Below the pieces are notes generated by a model, which was not told the DNA's origin, did no database searches, and saw only the letters and a list, made by a program, of their open reading frames with translations. The translations under genes and the position numbers were made by a program. This document shows positions 16,646-23,769 of a stretch of DNA of 49,471 bases, one piece after another. The first letter of the stretch is position 1, and each line of letters begins with the position of its first letter. The DNA is taken from NCBI GenBank assembly GCA_033761985.1, contig JANRMB010000084.1, positions 1-49,471 of the forward strand, written 5' to 3'. The stretch comes from Candidatus Sumerlaeia bacterium (GTDB lineage Bacteria > Sumerlaeota > Sumerlaeia > SLMS01 > JAHLLQ01).

Positions 16646-17203
16646 CTACTCCTGAGGACCGTCACTCGTGCGCCAAATGTCTCCGGCGCTTACGGTACCG
16701 TTGGTGGGGTCGTATCGTATATACGTGCTTCCGGAAGTTGAATCCTCCCAGGGGGCTTTATTGTAACCCGGATAGAAAGTGATGTCAAAGTGATCGGGGC
16801 GTTGATCAGGGCCGAAACTCGCCAGCGCATACCGCGACTCCGCATCGATGGGCGTGGCGCCGTAGGCGAAGTTCCCTCCAATCCGGAAGCTCCCCGCCTG
16901 AAGATCGATGCCGTTGAAGATATCCTTGGGGATATCAGTCAAGTAGGAAACGGGGGTGGTAAGGGGAATCAATCGCTGAAACAACGGCACAAGGGTGCTG
17001 GGCGGGTATTTGTTGGCGTCGGCGGCATAGGCTTCCAGCGCCGTGGCGATGGTGCGTTGATCTGCTTTCACCCGCGCCACCTTGCTTCGAATTTGGGCTG
17101 TGAGCAGGTTTGGCATCGCGATACCTGCCAGGATGGCGATGATGGCCACCACCACCAGTAGTTCAATCAGGGTAAATCCGTAGCGGAAATTGTTCATTTT
17201 CAA
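16646..17203 (-). CDS. Prepilin-type N-terminal cleavage/methylation domain protein (pilin/pseudopilin-like), paralog of 11270-11983
   Basis: YGFTLIELLVVVAIIAILAGIAMPNLLTAQIRSKVARVKADQRTIATALEAY. C-terminal YDPTNGTVSAGDIWR. Confidence 0.9.
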   Translation of the reverse strand: MKMNNFRYGFTLIELLVVVAIIAILAGIAMPNLLTAQIRSKVARVKADQRTIATALEAYAADANKYPPSTLVPLFQRLIPLTTPVSYLTDIPKDIFNGIDLQAGSFRIGGNFAYGATPIDAESRYALASFGPDQRPDHFDITFYPGYNKAPWEDSTSGSTYIRYDPTNGTVSAGDIWRTSDGPQE

Positions 17204-17212
17204 GCACCTCCT

Positions 17213-17764
17213 TCAAGGTCTTCCGGGGAACATCCCGGGGGGTGGACCCAGCATCAGCATGGGCGGTTCGCCGGCATCGAGTTTCTTCTCCAGCTTTTCC
17301 ATGAACTTCGCCTGCTCATCTTCAGAAAGATTTTTAATGGGGCTGATGGGGCTTTCTTTGAGCCGTTCGATGAAAAGCTGCTTCATCTTTTCCCGCTGCT
17401 CATCGTTGAGCGTGGCCCGAACCTTTTGGAAGCGCTCGCGGGCTTCTTCCGGAGACTTGGGCGGCCCCTGTTCCATCAACCCCTCAATTGTTTTCTTTTG
17501 TTCCGCCGAAAGATCCAACTGCGTTTCCATTAGGTGCCGCATGTTGGCGCGCACATCCGAGGGGCTGCTGGGATTCGGAAACGGAAGATTGCGCGTGTTG
17601 CTCTCAGTTGAAGCGGGGCCTTGGGCGGAAGCAAACACCGGCCGGGGAGCAGCGGAAGGCCCCACAAGAAAGGGCCGCAGTTGATAGGCGGAAAAAGTAA
17701 GTCCAGCAATGAGGAGGACTACCGCCGAACCCATTAGGGCCCGTTTGCGGGAATTGGATTCCAT
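17213..17764 (-). CDS. Second CpxP/Spy-like LTXXQ-motif periplasmic protein
   Basis: TM/signal anchor LMGSAVVLLIAGLTF. Repeated motifs LDLSAEQKKTI, LNDEQREKM and LSEDEQAKF. The Pro/Gly/Met-rich tail GPPPGMFPGRP resembles PPPGMPPMAP in the paralog at 15105-15608. Confidence 0.7.
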   Translation of the reverse strand: MESNSRKRALMGSAVVLLIAGLTFSAYQLRPFLVGPSAAPRPVFASAQGPASTESNTRNLPFPNPSSPSDVRANMRHLMETQLDLSAEQKKTIEGLMEQGPPKSPEEARERFQKVRATLNDEQREKMKQLFIERLKESPISPIKNLSEDEQAKFMEKLEKKLDAGEPPMLMLGPPPGMFPGRP

Positions 17765-17860
17765 GAGATCTGAACCTCCGGGCGTGTTCTTCTGTAGGGG
17801 GAACGAGATTGAGGGGGGAATCCTTCGCTGTGATTTTACAGGAAATGAGAAAAGTTTTCT

Positions 17861-18427
17861 TTAATCCTCAATTTCCCGGGCAAATGCCTCAGGGAGTCCG
17901 TGGTTGCGGATGTATTCCTCGGCAAAAGGTGGCAAATCGGTTTCCCTCCACCACCCAAACCCCGGAGCACCGGCCCACACCAATCCGATTCGAACAAACC
18001 CAAAAAACACCAGAGCCACGGCAAATAGAATAAGGAAGCGTCCCAGCACTGCATCATACCGGGAAAGGCGGGGGAGAAGCCGTTTCTTTACACTCGGAGG
18101 AATTAGCAACAGAATCGAAGAAGCCGCAAACAACAAGGCGAACACAACCCCCAGCGGGTGATACCCAAACCCCATGGCCCATTCTCCTTGCAGGTAAGAC
18201 GTCACGGAACGAGTCAAACCACACCCCGGGCATGGGTAGCGAGTGGTGGCATAGAAGGAACAGGATTGCGGCAAATCCCCCCCGACCGGTGTCAGCAGAA
18301 AAGCTCCCATGGCAAAACCCACTGCCCCCAGGGCATTGGCCAGCGGATGCAGAAACACGCGCATGGTACCGTGGAAGGGGATGGCGAGAAAGGCCCGGTA
18401 GGCACTGGTGAGGGTTTGCAGGTTCAT
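17861..18427 (-). CDS. DUF2752-family membrane protein
   Basis: CPGCGLTRS motif (the CPxCGxTR signature of DUF2752) followed by hydrophobic helices. The ATG at 18427 (MNLQTL) is preferred over the upstream ORF start at 18571. Confidence 0.7.
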   Translation of the reverse strand: MNLQTLTSAYRAFLAIPFHGTMRVFLHPLANALGAVGFAMGAFLLTPVGGDLPQSCSFYATTRYPCPGCGLTRSVTSYLQGEWAMGFGYHPLGVVFALLFAASSILLLIPPSVKKRLLPRLSRYDAVLGRFLILFAVALVFFGFVRIGLVWAGAPGFGWWRETDLPPFAEEYIRNHGLPEAFAREIED

Positions 18428-18650
18428 GGCGTGAGAATTCGGCGCTTGGGTGCCAAAAATCAAGCACGGAAGAGGGGTGCATCGCGGGAATCGTTTCCGC
18501 AACCACGGAGAATCACCCTCCGCTTTATGCAGGAAAATGGGGTTGTTGTGTGTTTTCCCTTGAGGTGACACCGGGTTATCCGAAGTGTTTTGCCCTCACA
18601 CAACAGGACAACGCGAAAACCGGGCGTGGTTCTTGTATCTGTTTTTGTGC

Positions 18651-18668
18651 TTGTGAAAAAAATCACAA
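18651..18668. promoter_or_regulatory. Perfect TTGTGA-N6-TCACAA palindrome (CRP-family-type half-sites) just upstream of the nuoA RBS
   Basis: TTGTGA (18651-18656), AAAAAA, TCACAA (18663-18668). GGAG lies at 18672-18675 and the nuoA ATG at 18686. It matches the CRP core TGTGA-N6-TCACA. It could instead be a 5'-UTR hairpin. Confidence 0.35.
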
Positions 18669-18685
18669 AGCCGGAGTAAACCTCT

Positions 18686-19093
18686 ATGGTTCATCTGCTC
18701 ACCGCCTCCGCTTCCCCTATTGCCGAGGCCTATCTCCCCATCCTGCTCATGTTTTGCGTGGCACTTGGGTTTGCTGTAGCCAACACCATTCTTTCCACCA
18801 TTCTCGGACGCAAGCGGCCCAACCCCGTAAAGAGTGAGCCGTACGAATGCGGTGTCCCCTCCGTGGGAAGCGCCCGTTCCCAAGTGAACGTTCGGTTTTA
18901 CCTCGTTGCCCTGCTCTTCCTCCTCTTTGATATGGAACTCATCTACATCATCACTTGGGCACTCGCATTGCGCCAGAATGCAGCAGTACCGGGTTTTGTT
19001 GTTTTCAGCATGGCGCTTATGGGCGTTTACATGGTGATTCTCTTCCTTGGACTTCTCTACGAATGGAAAAAAGGAGCCCTCTCATGGACATAA
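18686..19093 (+). CDS. nuoA: NADH-quinone oxidoreductase subunit A
   Basis: SEPYECG...[19 protein letters not shown]. Three TM helices. First gene of the nuo cluster. Confidence 0.93.
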   Translation: MVHLLTASASPIAEAYLPILLMFCVALGFAVANTILSTILGRKRPNPVKSEPYECGVPSVGSARSQVNVRFYLVALLFLLFDMELIYIITWALALRQNAAVPGFVVFSMALMGVYMVILFLGLLYEWKKGALSWT

Positions 19094-19629
19094 AAAATGA
19101 AGGACTAATCATTCAGCCGGGCGTTGGCACCGGTGAGGGAATTCAATCCGAACTGCTGACTATGCAGGCTCCGGAAAATGCCCTGACCAAAACCGTTTCC
19201 GAGGCCATCAGTTACTGTCGTCGCAATGCGATTTGGCCCGTGATGATGGGCCTCTCCTGTTGTGCCATTGAAATGATGGGAACCGCAGCTTCACGGTTCG
19301 ACCTTTCCCGTTTCGGCGCCGAGGTGTTTCGCGCCTCACCCCGTCAGGCCGACCTAATGATCGTGGCCGGTACGGTAACCAAGAAAATGTCTCCCGTTGT
19401 GCGCCGCATTTATGATCAAATGATGGAACCCAAATGGGTCATCGCCATGGGTGCCTGCTCCTCCTGCGGTGGTATGTACAACGTTTACAGCGTTCTGCAG
19501 GGTGTGGATGAAGTGATCCCCGTGGATATTTATGTTCCCGGATGCCCTCCCCGCCCCGAAGCCCTGATCTACGCCATCATGCAGCTTCAGCGTAAAATCC
19601 GCCAGGAACCCGTTTACCTCTTCGATTAA
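19084..19629 (+). CDS. nuoB: NADH-quinone oxidoreductase subunit B
   Basis: N2 cluster ligand motifs [18 protein letters not shown] and [10 protein letters not shown]. The ATG at 19084 overlaps the nuoA stop by 10 nt. The ORF-track start at 18955 lies inside nuoA. Confidence 0.93.
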   Translation: MDIKNEGLIIQPGVGTGEGIQSELLTMQAPENALTKTVSEAISYCRRNAIWPVMMGLSCCAIEMMGTAASRFDLSRFGAEVFRASPRQADLMIVAGTVTKKMSPVVRRIYDQMMEPKWVIAMGACSSCGGMYNVYSVLQGVDEVIPVDIYVPGCPPRPEALIYAIMQLQRKIRQEPVYLFD

Positions 19630-19653
19630 TTCCCTCACCCCATCGGAACGATT

Positions 19654-20226
19654 ATGGCCGTTGATCTTGAACAACTCAAACAACTGTTGAACAACAAGTT
19701 GAAGGAACATTTTGGCGAGGCTATCCTCTCCATCACCCAATCCCATGGCGAGCTTACCATTCTGGTGGAGAAGGCTCCCATTCTGGCCATCATGAAGTTT
19801 CTTCGTGATGATACGGATTTCCAGTTCAACTACCTCAGCTACATGACCGCGGTGGATTACAGCGCCCAGGCGCGCACACCCCGTTATGACGTTGTCTATA
19901 ACCTCTACAGCGTTCCCAAAACCCACCGTGTTCGGATAAAAGCGCACGTTTCCGAGGAAGACCCCACCATCGATTCCGTCTTCCCCGTGTGGTCTGGAGC
20001 CAATTTTCAGGAACGCGAAGCCTATGATATGTTCGGCATCACCTTCAAAGGGCACCCCGATCTTCGCCGCATCCTGATGCCCGAAGACTGGGAAGGCCAC
20101 CCTCTCCGCAAGGATTTCCCCTTGGGCGGCGTGAAGAGCTTCTACTTCAAGCGCTCCAGCGATCCCCACGTCGGCGAGCCCAAGTCTCTTGTTCCCCGTA
20201 TTCGTGTTCAGCAATCGGACATCTAA
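19654..20226 (+). CDS. nuoC: NADH-quinone oxidoreductase subunit C
   Basis: [42 protein letters not shown]. Confidence 0.93.
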   Translation: MAVDLEQLKQLLNNKLKEHFGEAILSITQSHGELTILVEKAPILAIMKFLRDDTDFQFNYLSYMTAVDYSAQARTPRYDVVYNLYSVPKTHRVRIKAHVSEEDPTIDSVFPVWSGANFQEREAYDMFGITFKGHPDLRRILMPEDWEGHPLRKDFPLGGVKSFYFKRSSDPHVGEPKSLVPRIRVQQSDI

Positions 20227-20265
20227 CTCTCCTCTCCCCTCAAGTCCCTCGGAAAGAAGCACTCC

Positions 20266-21474
20266 ATGGCCATTCGCACTGTTGAAAAATCCTATTCCAA
20301 TCTGGAAACCATGACGATCAACATGGGACCTCAGCACCCCTCCACACACGGGGTGTTGCAGGTGATTCTTGAGTTGGATGGCGAAACCGTGACCTCCCTC
20401 AAGCCCGTTCTCGGTTATCTTCACCGCGCCAAGGAAAAGCACGCCGAACACAAAACCTACCACCAATTCATCCCCTACACCGACCGGATGGATTATCTTT
20501 CACCGATGAGCAACAACACGGCGTTTGTGATGACCGTGGAGAAGGCTCTGCAGATTGAAATTACTCCCCGCTGCAAATACCTCCGTACGCTGCTTTGTGA
20601 ATTGGCCCGTATTTCCGCCCACCTTCTCGCCATCGGGACGGGTGCGTTGGAGCTTGGCGCCATGACGATTTTCATGTGGAGCTTCACTGAGCGCGAAAAA
20701 CTCTACGATATTTTCGAATTCATCTCCGGCGCACGTTTCACCGTTTCTTACATGCGTGTGGGGGGTGTTGCTCGTGCGGATTATCCCGAATGGCGTAAAC
20801 GCGTTCGCAAGTTCATCACTGAGTTCCCCAAAGTTCTTCAGGAAATGGAAGACATGATGAACGGGAACGAGATTTTCCTCCAACGCGTGATTGGCGTGGG
20901 CAAAATCTCGGGTCAGGAAGCCCTCGATCTCGGGCTTTCCGGTCCCACCCTCCGTGGTTCCGGGATTGATTGGGATATCCGGAAGGACAATCCCTATCTT
21001 GCCTATGAGGAATTCGATTGGGAAGTTGCCGTGGAAACCGAAGGCGACTGCATGTCCCGCTATTTGGTGCGGATGAAGGAAATGTATCAGTCCACCAAGA
21101 TTGCGATGCAAGCGCTCGATGCCTTGGAAAAACACCAGGATCAGCCGATGAACATCGATAATCCCAAGGTGATTTTCCCGTCCAAAGATCGCGTCAAGAA
21201 ATCCATGGAAGATCTGATCCACCACTTCCTCCTCGCTTCCGAAGGTTTCAAAGTTCCCCCTGCGGAAGTTTACCACTCCATCGAGGCTCCCAAAGGTGAA
21301 CTTGGGTTCCACTTGGTTTCCGATGGTAGCTCCAAAGCGTATCGTCTCGGCATCAAGAGCCCCTCGTTCAACAACCTTCAAGGTCTTCGCCGCATGGGTG
21401 AAGGCGCTCTGCTTGCCGACGTGGTGGCCATTATTGCGAGTATCGACCCCGTGATGGGCGAGGTGGATCGCTAA
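20266..21474 (+). CDS. nuoD: NADH-quinone oxidoreductase subunit D
   Basis: NMGPQHPSTHGVL, ISAHLLAIGT, IEAPKGELGFHLVSDG, ASIDPVMGEVDR. Confidence 0.95.
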   Translation: MAIRTVEKSYSNLETMTINMGPQHPSTHGVLQVILELDGETVTSLKPVLGYLHRAKEKHAEHKTYHQFIPYTDRMDYLSPMSNNTAFVMTVEKALQIEITPRCKYLRTLLCELARISAHLLAIGTGALELGAMTIFMWSFTEREKLYDIFEFISGARFTVSYMRVGGVARADYPEWRKRVRKFITEFPKVLQEMEDMMNGNEIFLQRVIGVGKISGQEALDLGLSGPTLRGSGIDWDIRKDNPYLAYEEFDWEVAVETEGDCMSRYLVRMKEMYQSTKIAMQALDALEKHQDQPMNIDNPKVIFPSKDRVKKSMEDLIHHFLLASEGFKVPPAEVYHSIEAPKGELGFHLVSDGSSKAYRLGIKSPSFNNLQGLRRMGEGALLADVVAIIASIDPVMGEVDR

Positions 21475-21791
21475 TGACGTACGTTTGGATTTTTGTCGTT
21501 GTTCTGGCCCTGCTTCTGGTGCACCGCACCGCGGAGCACCTCCTGTGTCAAGGTCCCGGTTCCAAACGCAAAAAACATTTGTTTGAGGTTGGTACGGCCG
21601 TATTCCTCGCATTGGCGTGGCTTGCCGGAGCCCTTGCGGTTCTGCTGAACAATAACCTCCGTATGGAGTATCTGGGGCTGGTGGTGCTCTGCACTCCCTT
21701 CGTATTGGGTGGAATTGGGTTCTTTACGTTTTTGAGCTTCATGGTGTTTCGCCAGGAGCAGGAAAAAGATCAATGGAATGACCGGAGATAA
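21474..21791 (+). CDS. Small hypothetical membrane protein (about 3 TM) inserted between nuoD and nuoE
   Basis: 105-aa ORF. Its ATG overlaps the nuoD stop (TAATG). It has three hydrophobic segments (IFVVVLALLLV, VFLALAWLAGALAVLL, VVLCTPFVLGGIGFFTFLSFMVF) and ends 5 nt before nuoE. I recognised no family. Confidence 0.6.
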   Translation: MTYVWIFVVVLALLLVHRTAEHLLCQGPGSKRKKHLFEVGTAVFLALAWLAGALAVLLNNNLRMEYLGLVVLCTPFVLGGIGFFTFLSFMVFRQEQEKDQWNDRR

Positions 21792-21796
21792 TTGCT

Positions 21797-22267
21797 GTGT
21801 TGAACATTTTGAAAGATGAAACCGAGCGTATCGAGCGGCTCTTTGAAAAGTACCCCAGTCGCCGTTCCGCCATGCTCCCCCTTCTCTGGATGGTGCAGGA
21901 AAAAACAGGTTGGGTATCCCAGGAGGCGATGGAAGAGGTTGCCGAGATTCTCGCCGTAACCCCCGCCGAGGTGTATGAAGTTGTTTCCTTCTATACCATG
22001 TTCCAGCAACGGCCCACGGGGAAAACGCACATCGCGCTGTGCGATACCCTTGCCTGTGCTATTTGTGGGACCCACGAAATCGCTGCCTACCTTGAGGAAA
22101 AATACGGGATCGAAGTCAAAAAAGTCACCAAGGATGGCCGCTTCTCCTTGGAGTTGGTGGAGTGCATCGGCGCTTGTTCCATGGCTCCTGCGTTGCTCGC
22201 CAATGAGGACCTTCACGGGAATTTGACCCCCGAGAGCCTCGATCAGTTGATCGCCAGCTGCCCCTAA
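21797..22267 (+). CDS. nuoE: NADH-quinone oxidoreductase subunit E
   Basis: GTG start. 2Fe-2S ligands in CDTLACAICG and ECIGACSMAP. Thioredoxin-like fold pattern. Confidence 0.92.
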   Translation: MLNILKDETERIERLFEKYPSRRSAMLPLLWMVQEKTGWVSQEAMEEVAEILAVTPAEVYEVVSFYTMFQQRPTGKTHIALCDTLACAICGTHEIAAYLEEKYGIEVKKVTKDGRFSLELVECIGACSMAPALLANEDLHGNLTPESLDQLIASCP

Positions 22268-22312
22268 TTCGCCCTCTTCCGCAATTTTTCACCCTGACGA
22301 AGGATTCATCTC

Positions 22313-23674
22313 ATGTCGATTACTGAACTGGAGCGAGTACTCCTCCCGAATATCGAAAAAAATGAAACCGAGTGGCTCTCTGCCTATAAAGCGCAGGGCG
22401 GCTATGAAGTTGCCCGCAAGGCGCTCGGCATGACCTGCGAGGAAATGATTCAAATCGTCAAGGATTCCGGCTTGCGGGGTCGTGGTGGTGCCGGTTTCCC
22501 CACAGGGATGAAGTGGAGCTTCCTCAACAAAAAGGATTCCCCCCGTTATCTTTGTATCAATGCCGACGAATCAGAACCCGGTACCTGCAAGGACCGCCCC
22601 CTGATGGAGCAGCGGCCCCACACGCTCCTCGAAGGAATTATCTGCTCCTGCCTCGCCCTTGAAGTACAATCCGCCTACATCTATATTCGCGGGGAATATT
22701 ACAAGGCCGCCAAGATTTTGAACAAAGCCATCGAGGAAGCCTACGAAGCAGGATTCCTTGGGGAGAACATTTTCGGTGTTCAAGGCAAGAAGGTGGACAT
22801 CGTGGTGCATCGCGGTGGTGGTGCGTATGTTTGCGGTGAGGAAACTGCTCTGCTCACCAGCTTGGAAGGGTATCGTGGATATCCCAAGCTGAAACCGCCG
22901 TTCCCTGCTGTGGCTGGACTTTACGGTAAACCCACCATCATCAACAATGTGGAAACTATCATCAACATTCCGTTCATTCTGAAGAATGGGGCGGAGTGGT
23001 TTAAGAAATGGGTTCATGAAAAAACCACCGGTCTTCGGTTGTATTCCGTATCCGGGCACGTGAAGCGTCCCGGCGTTTATGAACTTCCCCCCACCGTCAC
23101 GCTCAAACAGTTGATTTTCGATATCTGCGGCGGCATTCGGAATGATCACGAATTGAAGTGGGTCATCCCCGGTGGTTCTTCGGTTCCCTGGCTTCTGCCC
23201 CATCAGATTGATGTTCCGTTGAGCCATGAAGGCGTAGCGGCGGCGGGTTCCATGCTTGGTTCCTCTGCAGTGATGGTGATGGATCACACCGTTTGCCCCG
23301 TCTGGGCGCTCGCCAACCTTTCCCACTTCTACCAACACGAGTCCTGCGGTCAGTGCACCCCCTGCCGCGAAGGCACGGCATGGATGTTCAAGATTGTTCA
23401 GCGTATTGAGGACGGTCATGGTACCATGGCTGACTTGGATGCCTTGTACAGCATTGCCGGCGAAGGGAAGCCTGGAAGCGGCATGATCTCCGGGAAGTCC
23501 ATTTGTGCCTTGGGCGATGCCGCCGCCTGGCCTGTGGGTTCCGCCATTGCCCAGTTCCGCAACGAGTTTGAAGAACACGTTCGCCTCGGTTATTGCCCCT
23601 ACAAAAACAAACGCTACTGGATGGCGAACGGCCGTTTTGTGAACGAGCAGTTCCACCCACATAAACACCATTGA
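22313..23674 (+). CDS. nuoF: NADH-quinone oxidoreductase subunit F
   Basis: FMN/NADH site GRGGAGFPTGMKW and ADESEPGT. N3 cluster ESCGQCTPCREG. Confidence 0.95.
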   Translation: MSITELERVLLPNIEKNETEWLSAYKAQGGYEVARKALGMTCEEMIQIVKDSGLRGRGGAGFPTGMKWSFLNKKDSPRYLCINADESEPGTCKDRPLMEQRPHTLLEGIICSCLALEVQSAYIYIRGEYYKAAKILNKAIEEAYEAGFLGENIFGVQGKKVDIVVHRGGGAYVCGEETALLTSLEGYRGYPKLKPPFPAVAGLYGKPTIINNVETIINIPFILKNGAEWFKKWVHEKTTGLRLYSVSGHVKRPGVYELPPTVTLKQLIFDICGGIRNDHELKWVIPGGSSVPWLLPHQIDVPLSHEGVAAAGSMLGSSAVMVMDHTVCPVWALANLSHFYQHESCGQCTPCREGTAWMFKIVQRIEDGHGTMADLDALYSIAGEGKPGSGMISGKSICALGDAAAWPVGSAIAQFRNEFEEHVRLGYCPYKNKRYWMANGRFVNEQFHPHKHH

Positions 23675-23681
23675 TTCCCGC

Positions 23682-23722
23682 CGGGGAGGTCTGTCATCAC
23701 AGGGCCTCCCCGATAACTTTTT
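23682..23722 (+). other. GC-rich hairpin in the nuoF-nuoG spacer
   Basis: CGGGGAGG (23682-23689) pairs with CCTCCCCG (23705-23712). A TTTTT run at 23718-23722 is separated from the stem by ATAAC, so this is not a canonical intrinsic terminator. Confidence 0.4.
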
Positions 23723-23769
23723 CGACCTCTTCTTCGCCTCTCCCTACTCTGAAGGACGTATTTTCCACC

